Positions 11,029 through 22,000 of a stretch of DNA of 64,000 nucleotides are shown here, piece by piece. This DNA is from Tetramitus jugosus (taxonomy: Eukaryota > Protista > Heterolobosea). Both the position numbers and the translations under genes were made by a program. Where the stretch lies: assembly GCA_937625935.1 (NCBI GenBank), contig OW569375.1, forward strand, positions 124,001 to 188,000. Reading direction: 5' to 3'. Positions within the stretch are counted from its first letter, which is position 1; the number at the start of each line of letters is the position of its first letter. The notes under the pieces are model-generated. The model was not told the DNA's origin and did no database searches. It was given only the letters and a program-made list of their open reading frames with translations.

Positions 11029-11437
11029 AGTACTGTCTTCTATTGTTTTTTGGAAGAGGATTGTTGCGGTGTCAATATTATCTTCATGTTCTTGATAATA
11101 TTCCAAGAATGGTTTGGCGGATGAGACAAAAAACCATTCGAGGCCACCGAAACAGATTACACAGTCGAGTGGTCCAGTCATTCATGATAAAAATCAGCCA
11201 CACCTTATTCATAGATTTTCCAATGCATGGAAAAAACATCATGATTCTCAACCAGGAGAGTATTACCAACAGGATAAATCTAATTCTGCCACTTGATCTT
11301 CAAGAATTCCCAGATTTTTGTTTTCTCAAGTTCAACCAGTTCCAAGTAGAACCGCCTTCGAACTGGAAGTCGCTGAAATCAAATTTATGACACAAACATG
11401 TTCAAAGCGAGAGAAACACTCAACAAACAACAGAATC

Positions 11438-12601
11438 ATGCAAGAAGATCACACCAGCTCTAATGTCACCGTTTCTTGTTCCTATGTGTTCAACATTGTG
11501 AACAACAAGAGGAAACGATTTTACAACAATCATGTGCTTGTCGATCTACAATCAGAAGCACACTTTCAACAGTGTCATATCGCCACTGCACTCTCCCTGC
11601 CTGCTTCCTTTGTTGCTCTTGCAAAGAATGATAACAGCGGTAATTTAGATCAGAAATTTCTGAGCAAGCTCGATGCTGTGATTCAACAATTGTCCGAGAG
11701 ACAATTGGCACGAAAACCAGATGCCCCGCCCACTACTCTCATCTTTTACTCCTCCAATGTTGTACAGCAGTGCTCAGAATCCAGTACGGATTCATCAAAT
11801 TCAATATGTCACGAGTTGACTTCGTCCTTTAATTCTGAAATCTCTCAAGTCATTGTTGATTTGTATCAGATGATTCAGAAGAGAATGGATGAGAATTCTG
11901 TCCTTCCGAACAAGCTGGATATGAAACGAATCAAGATTGCGATTATGGAAGCTGGAATCGAAGGTTTCGTTAAAAAGTATGGAGGTCTCATGTGCAATGT
12001 ACCATTACCATCGGATGAATCAACGGTCAATGATGGAGAGCCGAGTTTCTTCACAGTCAAGAATCCCTCACCTCTCATGCCACATGTGTTTAATCCAAAT
12101 TGTTATGAAATAACACGCAACACTGCATATCCCAGCGAAATTATCGATGATTTTTTGTTCCTTGGCACAAGATCTCATGCCAATGATGAGTATATTCTGA
12201 ACAAATTGAATGTACGTCATGTGTTGAATGCTACCAACGTTCCAAGTGATCTATTTGGTAGAAGAAGGGTTAAGGATCGTATTATGCATTTGCAAATTTC
12301 ACTGATTGATCTTCCCCATGTGGATATCAAGAGCAAATTTACTGAGGCTATCGAATTCATCACCAAGGTCAAGAATGAACGACAACCTGGCGAAAAACTG
12401 TTGGTTCATTGCGAACAAGGTATTTCCAGATCTGCCTCCCTTGTCATAGCCTATCTCATGGTCACAGACAAACTCACATGCGAACAAGCAACCAACTACG
12501 TCAAAATGAGAAGGAAGCTCGTTCAGCCCAATCCTGGTTTCCGCAAACAATTGGCCGCTTTCGATGTCGAACTTGAACTCAATTCTTCGAATAACATTTG
12601 A
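11438..12601 (+). CDS. Dual-specificity (MAPK-type) phosphatase with N-terminal rhodanese-like domain
   Basis: VHCEQGISRS catalytic loop, YPSEIIDDFLFLG, AYLM, PNPGFRKQL; N-terminal LVDLQS..F..CHIATA and AGIEGF motifs. Confidence 0.92.
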   Translation: MQEDHTSSNVTVSCSYVFNIVNNKRKRFYNNHVLVDLQSEAHFQQCHIATALSLPASFVALAKNDNSGNLDQKFLSKLDAVIQQLSERQLARKPDAPPTTLIFYSSNVVQQCSESSTDSSNSICHELTSSFNSEISQVIVDLYQMIQKRMDENSVLPNKLDMKRIKIAIMEAGIEGFVKKYGGLMCNVPLPSDESTVNDGEPSFFTVKNPSPLMPHVFNPNCYEITRNTAYPSEIIDDFLFLGTRSHANDEYILNKLNVRHVLNATNVPSDLFGRRRVKDRIMHLQISLIDLPHVDIKSKFTEAIEFITKVKNERQPGEKLLVHCEQGISRSASLVIAYLMVTDKLTCEQATNYVKMRRKLVQPNPGFRKQLAAFDVELELNSSNNI

Positions 12602-12696
12602 TTTCCCCGAATATTCTCGCCCTTACAAAAATTCTTGTTCCTGAAGAACCAAAATCCATGAGAATCAAAAGCTTTTGGCTCAAAGCAACAAAAAAA

Positions 12697-14556
12697 ATGT
12701 CATCACCATCTTCGTCAACATCGACAGCAGCATCCTCCTTACCTCCCCATGTCCTACTCGTAGCTCTGGGTGACGGTCAATCGAAGGTCTGCCAAGAAAC
12801 AAACCGCATCTTCAAATTTCTCAAGTGTCAATTTGCTGGTCTTCCCGTCAATCAATCCAACTCACCATTGAATCACTTGGTGCCAACAGATCGAGAAAAT
12901 CAATTGATTTTGGCCCACACACTTCACGATCTCCTATTCAAGTTCTGGGCTCGTCTATTGAGGTACTTGAAATGGAAGGAGAGTGAACTGGAATCAAAGC
13001 ACATTTCATTTGAGAGTGACTTGTTGCATTTGATGAACGTGTTGAGAATGTCGAGACGCAAGAGTGCAGCACACTCTGAAAACGCTGATAGTGGAATCAT
13101 TGGAGATGATATGAGCTTTTTGAGTGATGAGGACGGAGAAGACAATGGAGAAGAAGAGGACGATGAAGAGGAGGAAGAAGAGCAACAACAACAACAGAAA
13201 AACAACAACAAAACTGCCAATAATGGGCAGCAACAATCAGAGAACAACAAGCAACAAAAAACTTGGACAAAGAGACTGAAATTGAAGCCAACCACTGCGT
13301 TCACAACAGAAAAATCCACAAACGACATTAGTGCCGTCGTGACGAGTGATTTTTGTGACTTGTTGTTGCGCGTTTGGGATCAAGATCCATTGATTCGAAG
13401 GTTGTTCAATTCAGAGGAATCTGATGAGTATGCTCAATCATTGCTCGACAATAGTATTTTCTCAGAATTCACCTATGTGACATGTGAGAGCATGATTTAT
13501 TATCTGATGGGTGATTTCTTGCCTCGATTGAAGAGTCATCTGAGTGAAGGCAACAAATTGAAGGACTTTGTGTGCGATCAAAACGACTATATCTTCTGTA
13601 GTTATAAGCCAGATTATCGTGATTTGATCTTGAACTTGAACGGACAGGAAGTGTTGATCACTACTGTCAATCTAGAAAGCAAAGACACCATTGCAATTGC
13701 TACTTTATTGGAACAGTGTGATCTGTTGTTGTTCAACTTGGATTTGGCAATCTATTGCCGAAACGATCTGCGTGATATTGTTGAAATGTTCTGTGCAAAG
13801 TCTCGCTTCGAGAACATGTCGACTCATGACGCAATTGCTACACGCGCAAGAGTGCCTCCTATTGCTTTTATTCGATCTGGTATCGATAATATGCACATGA
13901 ACTTAGCTAGATATGGATTGGGAATGTTGCCTAGTGAGATGTTTGATGACTCTTTGACTTTCTTGGCTCCAGAGAAAGTTAAAGCCCCTAAGAAATATAC
14001 TTCACCTGATGTACCATTGAAACAGTGGACGTACGGCAACAATGCGCCTCACGATGAAAATGAAGAAGGAGAGTACCTCGAGCAGTTATCTCAGGATGAA
14101 TGGTCACAAATCATTCGATTCATTGGCAACCCAGATGACATGTTATCATTGTCTCAAGTCTGCACGACATTCCGTCAGCTCATTGACGAGAATGAAAACT
14201 TTTGGAAGGGTGTAATGATTGGAAGAAGTACCACCTTTGCTAAAGAGAAGAAGAGAGAAGCACTCCAAAATTATGTTCTAACTAGCACTGATTCCTCTGA
14301 AAATGCGCTTTCTCCTTCCTGGAAACGTTTCTATTTGTTCGCCAGACAGCAGGTGCACAACCTATTACCAGGTGAAATTTGTAACTTTATCGTAGCAAAC
14401 AAGACACTCAGATATGTGACAAATCAAAGAGAAGAACGACTGCCGCTTATTGAGAATTTACCTTTCTTTGATGTCGACTCGATGCATTTGTCACAATTGA
14501 AGGAAACTTTGCCAAGAGCGATTGAACTTGCCGTTCTCCACAAGACCGCACAATAA
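12697..14556 (+). CDS. Degenerate G-alpha-fold protein containing an F-box
   Basis: F-box LEQLSQDEWSQIIRFI..DMLSLSQVCTTFRQL..FW. Flanking segments align collinearly by eye with G-alpha, but the G1-G5 motifs are lost. Confidence 0.7.
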   Translation: MSSPSSSTSTAASSLPPHVLLVALGDGQSKVCQETNRIFKFLKCQFAGLPVNQSNSPLNHLVPTDRENQLILAHTLHDLLFKFWARLLRYLKWKESELESKHISFESDLLHLMNVLRMSRRKSAAHSENADSGIIGDDMSFLSDEDGEDNGEEEDDEEEEEEQQQQQKNNNKTANNGQQQSENNKQQKTWTKRLKLKPTTAFTTEKSTNDISAVVTSDFCDLLLRVWDQDPLIRRLFNSEESDEYAQSLLDNSIFSEFTYVTCESMIYYLMGDFLPRLKSHLSEGNKLKDFVCDQNDYIFCSYKPDYRDLILNLNGQEVLITTVNLESKDTIAIATLLEQCDLLLFNLDLAIYCRNDLRDIVEMFCAKSRFENMSTHDAIATRARVPPIAFIRSGIDNMHMNLARYGLGMLPSEMFDDSLTFLAPEKVKAPKKYTSPDVPLKQWTYGNNAPHDENEEGEYLEQLSQDEWSQIIRFIGNPDDMLSLSQVCTTFRQLIDENENFWKGVMIGRSTTFAKEKKREALQNYVLTSTDSSENALSPSWKRFYLFARQQVHNLLPGEICNFIVANKTLRYVTNQREERLPLIENLPFFDVDSMHLSQLKETLPRAIELAVLHKTAQ

Positions 14557-14650
14557 ATTATTAGACTCATTCTCCAACACCTGACAAGCAACTGATATCT
14601 AATGAATGATTGATCAACTATTGACAAGCATTTTATTTGTTAGAGTTCTA

Positions 14651-15923
14651 CTACTTTTTGAGCTTCTCTCGCAAATTCTTGACTTCTTTCACCAAGAGTT
14701 TCTTGTGACTCTTGAGCTCCTTAATGTCCTTTTCGGTCTGTTCTCTTTGTTTATCGATCGTCAAAAGATAGTTGTTCATTTTGACGAAGACTGTTAATAA
14801 ATTATCTAAATCCGCATTTAATTTTTCAAGGCTCGAAACACGTTTGCTCTTCGATTTTAGAGTATTTTGTCTCTTTCTGGATTTTGGTTGTGGTGCAGGT
14901 TCTTCATCTGACTCCTCCGATTCTTCTTCATCCTCTTCCTCACTCGATTCTTCATCATTGCTGTCAGATCTCTGATCTTCGTTATCATCAACGTCATCAG
15001 TGTCCTCTTCATCCGAATCGTTGTTGCTCGACTTTTTGCCCTTCTTGTTATTGCTCCGCGACGAAACATCCTGCTTGTTCGAAGCTTCAGCAACAACAAC
15101 CGAAACACCACCACCATAAATATTTGTGGCATTGGAAGTTCTCATCGTTGATTCCATGTCGTCCTCTGCGTCTATATAGCTCGGTGCGTTCGGAATTCGC
15201 GACTCAAAACTGTTCGCATGTAATATACAATCTGAAATTTTCTTGTCCAATGTCACAATCTCTCTATCAATGCTCTTGAGTTCAGCAGGATCAATCATTG
15301 CCATTCCATTGGGCCTAGGCGGTGAAGAAGACAAATAAAAATCAGCGTTCGATGCTCGAGTAGACACACTGATCCTTGAATCAGCAGCCATCTTCATTCG
15401 AATATTCAACTGAGAGATCACACGTTCAATATTCTTGATCCAAATCTCCTTGTCAGAGCTCGATTCCGTACAGAGAACAAATCGACGTGTGGTAGAGCGA
15501 ACAACAAACGAATGAGGTCGATTTCGTTCACATTGTTCGGCAGTTAAACGATCCAAGAATGCACCATGCAAATATCTGTTTGTTTGGTTTTGTTGTTGAG
15601 CTTGAAGTTTAACAAGAATAAAATAACAATAAGATCAAAAAAAAAAACATCGTACATGATACCCAATGGATGATGCAAATCATCAGATTCCTTAAAATAA
15701 ATGAGAAAACCGTCGGGAATCAAAATAAAGTAACGTTTTCTCCACGTCTTGTAATTTGCTCCTCGTTTTGTCATGAATCCTTGATGTGCAATGACACCGT
15801 TGGGAGGTGAACCAAAATTTCTATCATCATCATGAGTTAGTAGTGTTGGAAAATAGTTGATATATTGTTATTGTTGTTGTTTCATTGATTGTTTCATTGT
15901 TTGACATACTTTTTCGTGGACAT
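14651..15923 (-). CDS. PH-domain protein with acidic tract and C-terminal coiled coil (2 introns)
   Basis: ATG 15923; GTATGT..CTAAC..TAG intron 1 and GTACGA..CAG intron 2 both restore the frame: HQGFMTKRGANYKTWRKRYFIL..YFK..PLGII..HSF..RRFVL..WI. Confidence 0.85.
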
Positions 15924-16152
15924 CAAAGTACAGAGCAGAAAATTTTAGGGTGATTGTTGCAACTGTTGTTGTTGGTGAGTCGTACTGTTCGTTGTTTGCT
16001 CTCTGTTGTGATGCTGTTCGTTGTTCTTGCTGTTCCAAAGTTGATTGCTTTGGCGATAGGATGGCGTTTTTGGGCTTTCTCTTTTTCCTGCTGGTCCATC
16101 AGCGGGATTTTGGAGGCGGCAGTTTGAATCTACAAAAAACAACACGTTGGGA

Positions 16153-17622
16153 ATGGACTTTTCAAAGATAAGGGCAATAGTATTGAAGAATGCTATTGAA
16201 ACAAAATCAGAGAGAGATGATAATACTGTTTTCAGAGTTTACCAACATGCTTCCTCTTTGATTGAGGAGATCAATCCAAGCGAAGATAAGTCGTCTCTTG
16301 TGCTGTGCTTTGGAGGAGAAGATCAGAGTGGAACATGGGTAAATGATATGTACGCTCTTAACATCAACTCTTTCACATGGAAAGTGATTTTCTTCCAAAA
16401 AAGTCCACAGACAGTAGGGTTTCCCCCGAAGGTCGATGGTCATTCGATGATCCAACATGAAAGGGAGCTCTATGTATTTGGTGGAAACAATAATCAAATT
16501 CCTGATGGAGGAGATAATCGATTATTCTCGTTGAATCTAGATTCATTCGAATGGAGAGTTGTTGAGGTTCAGAATGAGGAATGTGAGCCTGTTCCTGAGG
16601 GTAGAACATTACATTCTTGTGCCTACAATCCAGTTGATAAGTGCATGTATGTTTTCGGAGGCAGATCAACAACATACCAAAACAATACAGCGTTCAACGA
16701 TCTATACAAGTTCGATTTAGAAAAGAAAAAATGGCATCATATTGCAAGTGATGATGCACCATCACCTCGCTCGGGACACAGCTGTTGTTTCTATCCAACG
16801 AGAAATAGCTTAATAATTTTGGGAGGTGTTGACTCGAGCGGGAAGAAATATTTGAATGATGTCCATGAATTTGATTTAGAGAAGTTAAGGTGGAAGAAGC
16901 TCGAAACCCCAGAGGCTCCCACCGGAAGAGAACGGCATACAGCCAGTTTACTTGAAGATTCCATTATGATGTATGGTGGTTGGTGTCAAGGTGGTCCTGT
17001 GGAAGAAATGCATGTTCTCGACCTAAACACTCTACATTGGAGAGTTATCCCTTGTTTCGAAAATGGACGTGTCAGGGTGGAAAATGATAGAAGAAGATAT
17101 GGCCACACAGCTACTATTCTGAATCATAATCAATTGTTGATTATCGGAGGCAAGAATCATATGTGTCAAAACACTCCCTACTCGATAATTTTTTGCCTCG
17201 ATGGTCAAGAGCATATCGTTTCTCAATCGACATGCACTTCCAAGTTCGATTCCGCATTCAAAGAAGGAATCACTACTTTGGTTATTGATAAGAATCATCT
17301 CCCTACTGATGCTTATCGATACACAATTCTGGAAGAAGAGAAGATTGTTGACGAAGAACTAGTGAACAAGAGTTATGATTCATTAGAAAGAATGTTCAAC
17401 GAAGGAAAAGAAAAGCAAAATACAATCAACCAAAACTCCTCATTCAACTTGGACGATCTGATGCACGATATAAGGTCACAAATTGATGAACCAGCCAATC
17501 AACCTCCAATCGAACAGAACGTTCAAGAAAATTTTGTTGAGGAAACCACTGCAGAAGAACTCCAAGAGTTAGGCGGTTCAAAACTGAACGTTGACACTGA
17601 CAGCCACGAGATGCTGGAATAA
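16153..17622 (+). CDS. Kelch-repeat protein
   Basis: About six repeats of R.GH/H..LYVFGG..ND...D....W. Confidence 0.9.
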   Translation: MDFSKIRAIVLKNAIETKSERDDNTVFRVYQHASSLIEEINPSEDKSSLVLCFGGEDQSGTWVNDMYALNINSFTWKVIFFQKSPQTVGFPPKVDGHSMIQHERELYVFGGNNNQIPDGGDNRLFSLNLDSFEWRVVEVQNEECEPVPEGRTLHSCAYNPVDKCMYVFGGRSTTYQNNTAFNDLYKFDLEKKKWHHIASDDAPSPRSGHSCCFYPTRNSLIILGGVDSSGKKYLNDVHEFDLEKLRWKKLETPEAPTGRERHTASLLEDSIMMYGGWCQGGPVEEMHVLDLNTLHWRVIPCFENGRVRVENDRRRYGHTATILNHNQLLIIGGKNHMCQNTPYSIIFCLDGQEHIVSQSTCTSKFDSAFKEGITTLVIDKNHLPTDAYRYTILEEEKIVDEELVNKSYDSLERMFNEGKEKQNTINQNSSFNLDDLMHDIRSQIDEPANQPPIEQNVQENFVEETTAEELQELGGSKLNVDTDSHEMLE

Positions 17623-17702
17623 AATTATCCGTTGCATTTTTTCCGAGGCGAATAATCTTGCATATTACCACACACAAACAAGCTCATTTCGCTCGCGAGA
17701 CA

Positions 17703-18524
17703 ATGGATTACTTGACACACTTTGCAAAGACCATTTCAAACGTGCAAAACTTTGAATTCAAATATGGTGAGACTCCACTCTCCCATCCGGCCATACCCAT
17801 TGCCACAGTCATCATCTATGTGATCACCATCTTTTCATTGCAAGCCATTTTCAAGAAGAGACCATATGATGCACCATGGTTGAAAAAGTTTACCAACTTT
17901 CACAATTTGTTCCTGTGCATTCTCAGTATTTTCATGGTTGGTTTCACATGTGTCTACTATGTGATTTATGGTGTCCAGGATGGCAGTTGGTTGAGCTTGG
18001 TGTGTGACGCAGTTGACACTGGAAAGGGTTACACTGCCAAGGGTCCATTGAACTGGATTACTTACATTTTCTACTTGAGCAAGTTTTATGAACTGATTGA
18101 CACATTGTTGATTGTTGTTCGCGATAAGCCATTGATCTTCTTGCATTGGTATCACCATGTGGTCACTCTGTTGTTGGTGTATGTTGGTATGGTGGATCAA
18201 ATGTCTCTCCAATGGGTGCCTGTCATCACCAATGCAGGTGTCCATATCATCATGTACTATTACTATTATTTGACTGCCAAAAAGCAGCAACCATGGTGGA
18301 AAAAGTACATTACTCAGTTGCAGATTGTTCAATTTGTTTTTGATCTGATTCTGCCTCAGGTGTGGATCTTCAACGTCTATGTCCAGGGACAAAAGTGCAG
18401 AGGAAGTTTGCCTGTCTTCTTGTTTGGTGAAGTGATTATTCTCAGTTTCCTATTCCTGTTCATCAAGTTCTTCTTCGCTAGATATACACCAGCAAAGGTT
18501 CCTGTTGCTTCCAAGAGAGAATAA
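17703..18524 (+). CDS. ELO/GNS1 fatty-acid elongase
   Basis: FYLSKFYELIDT, FLHWYHH, NAGVHIIMYYYY, WWKKYITQLQIVQF. Confidence 0.97.
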   Translation: MDYLTHFAKTISNVQNFEFKYGETPLSHPAIPIATVIIYVITIFSLQAIFKKRPYDAPWLKKFTNFHNLFLCILSIFMVGFTCVYYVIYGVQDGSWLSLVCDAVDTGKGYTAKGPLNWITYIFYLSKFYELIDTLLIVVRDKPLIFLHWYHHVVTLLLVYVGMVDQMSLQWVPVITNAGVHIIMYYYYYLTAKKQQPWWKKYITQLQIVQFVFDLILPQVWIFNVYVQGQKCRGSLPVFLFGEVIILSFLFLFIKFFFARYTPAKVPVASKRE

Positions 18525-19070
18525 GCATCCTGCAGGTTAGCATCTGAATTGGACTATCTCAAACAAATAAACAAAAGTGTAAATCTGTTCTTGAAAACCC
18601 GATTCAGCTTCACTTCACTCTTTTCGAATCATTTGATGGACAATTGCAGTGAATATCCCCGCCCATCCTTTTCCCCGCAGTATGGATGAAGATTCGACCT
18701 AGAATATTTTTTTGTAAGAATCAACGTCGAGTGTCATTTGTCATCCTTGTCAGTCGTCAATCTCGGTGACATGAAAATTCGCAAAGATCCACACCTCAGC
18801 AAGTCTCAGCTCCTTTGTTAACTCGCATCACATCCTCAGCTTGTTGTTCATTCCAAACAAAACAACTTGACAACAAACAACAACATCTTCTTCCCCTCAA
18901 CTGTACATCACCCCTTTGTTACATAGTTCACTCTACGACAACAAACAAAACCCATTAGCATATATATATATCTATCATCAATACTTATATATATATCTTA
19001 AACAAACGACAACACAGATTATCAATTAACAAACACTAACAACAACAACAACAAATAACAAAGAGAGAAA

Positions 19071-22000
19071 ATGGACGTGACTGACCAAATTCAAGACAAT
19101 ACCGACGGTGGAAGAAGAAGAAGAAGACGAGCAGACAAGGGCGATGCCACTGCTGCTGAAGATTCACCATCTCCAACACCAACTGCCGCTGCTACTGATG
19201 CTGCTCCAACTGAGGGCAGAAGAAGACGCAGAGACAAGGATTCTAGTGCAGAATCGGGAACAGACTCATCAACACCTGCTGCTGCTGCCACTGCTTCTGC
19301 TTCTACTCCTGCTACCAAGAGAGTCGCAGCAGTTGATGATGAAGAGCCACTTCAATCAGACGATGCTGTCGAATCCAAGTTCAGATGGATACCAGATGAA
19401 GAACAAGGTTTCATTCTATCAGAGATTGAAAAACAGGAGGGCAAGCTCATCTACTACAGAAATGATCAAGGTGAGATGAAGTCTTGTGACGCAAAGACCG
19501 TGTGCAAGGTGAATCCACCTCATTTGGACGGTATTGCCGACATGGCCGGATTGTCCTACTTGAGTGAGGCATCCGTGTTGCACAACTTGAGAACCAGATA
19601 CGACAGAAATCAAATTTACACCTATTCTGGTCTCTTCTTGGTTGTTATCAATCCGTACAAGAATTTGCCAATCTACACTACTGAAATGGTCAAAAAGTAC
19701 CAGGGACGTAGAAAGGACGACGTGGATCCTCACGTGTTTGCCGTCTCCGATGCTGCCTACAGACAATTGTTGCAGAATCAGAGAGATCAATCCATGCTTG
19801 TGACTGGTGAATCCGGTGCAGGTAAGACTGAAAACACAAAGAAGGTCATTCAATACTTGACTCAAGTTGCCGGTTCCGGAACAGGTGGTGGTAAGCTTGA
19901 ACAACAATTGATCCAGACGAATCCATTGTTGGAAGCGTTCGGTAATGCAAAGACCTTGAGAAACAACAACAGTTCTCGTTTCGGTAAGTTTATTGAGATT
20001 GATTTCAATGCCAAGGGCTACATTGCCGGTACCAAGATTGATCACTACTTGTTGGAGACTACTCGTGTCACCAGTCAAAACAATGACGAAAGAAACTTCC
20101 ACATCTTCTACCAGGTTACCTCTGATGCCGACACCAGAAAGAAGTACTTTTTGCAAACAGCTGGCAACTACAAGTATTTGGCCGGAAGTGGATGTCTCGT
20201 CGTCGAAGGTATCAACGATGAGAGAGAGTTCAAGGACACTATCGAATCCATGAGAATTATTGGTATGACCGAGTCTGAGATTGATAGCACATTGACTACC
20301 ATTGCTGTCATTTTGCACTTGGGTAACATTGAGTTTGCTGCCAATCACGACGATTTGTCAGTCATCAAGGACAGAGATCCATTGAACTTGGCTTCCAAGC
20401 TTTTGGGTGTCAACCCTGATACCATGTTGCAAGCATTGCAAAACCCAACTTACAAGGTCGGAAATCAAAACATTCAAAGACATGTGACTCCAAAGGAAGC
20501 AAAGGCAAATCTTGATTCCTTGGTCAAGAGTATTTACTTGAGATTGTTCGAATGGTTGGTTGCCAGAATCAATCAATCATTGGCCACCACTGAAAAGATC
20601 AAGAACTTTATCGGTGTGTTGGATATTGCTGGTTTCGAAATCTTTGAGCACAACTCCTTTGAACAGTTGTGTATCAACTTTACCAACGAAAAGTTGCAAC
20701 AATTCTTCAACAATCACATGTTCAAGAAGGAACAAGAGGAGTATGCCGAAGAAAGAATTCAATGGACATTCCAAGACTTTGGATTGGACTTGCAACCAAC
20801 TATTGATTTGATTGAAGCTGTTCCACAGGGTGTCTTGGACATCTTGAACGATGTCAGCAAGTTCAACGGTGCTACCGATGAGAACTTCTGTACTCAAGTC
20901 GTCAAGGTTCACGACAAGAAGCCAGTGTTCAGCAGATTCAAGTTTGATCAATTGAGCTTCGTCGTCAAGCATTATGCTGGTGAAGTGACTTACAACACTC
21001 GTCAATGGTTGGTCAAGAACGTTGATCCATTGAACGACGATTGCAGAGCTTGCATGCAAAGAGCATCCAACGATTTCGTCAAGAAGATGTTCTCTACTGC
21101 TGAAGATTTGGACGCTCGTATGAGAAGTACCAAGAAGAGCACTGTTGCATTCAAGTACACTGTCCAATTGACCAAATTGATGGACAACTTGAGAAGAACT
21201 GAACCTCACTTCATCAGATGTATTAAGCCTAATGAGGTCAAGAAGCCTGGTATCATTGATGCACAGAGTGTGATGGATCAATTGAGATGTAATGGTGTGT
21301 TGGAAGGTATCCGTATCTCCAGACAAGGTTACCCTGGTAGAATCAAGTATCAAGACTTTGTCAAAAGATACAGCTTGTTGGTGCCTGCAAGAGAATTGGA
21401 AGAGCACGCAACTGCCAAGGCAAAGACTGAGTACATTGTTAAGTCCAAGGGTCTTGAGTACATTAAGATGTACCAGATGGGTCTTAACAAGATCTTCTTG
21501 AAGTCTGGTATTGAAGCCAAACTCGAAGAATTCAGAGAGGGTAAGCTCAACGGTATTATCATCACCGCTCAAGCTGCTTTGAAGGGAGCTGTCGGTAGAA
21601 AGAGATACGCCAACTTGTTGAAGCAAGTTTCATCTGCTCAAATGTTGCAAAAGAACTGGAGAGCATACATGAGACTCAAGGAGTGGCCATGGTTCCAATT
21701 GTATCAGAGATGTAAGCCATTGATCCAAAAGGTCTTGGAAGAGAGAAAGTTGAGAGATGCTAGAAAGCAAATTGAGGACTTGAAGAACAGAATTGCCACT
21801 GAAGTTGACAACCAAAAGAAGTCTGAGGAGGCAAAGCAAACCTTGACCAGAGATCTTGAAAAGATGAGAGCTGAGATTGAGTTGAGCAACGACAAGTTCG
21901 ACAGATTGAACCAACAATACCTCGACTTGAAGGACGAGTTGGTTGCAAAGGAGAGAGAAAGAAGCATCTTCACCAACGATAAGGAAAGCGCAATCAGCAG

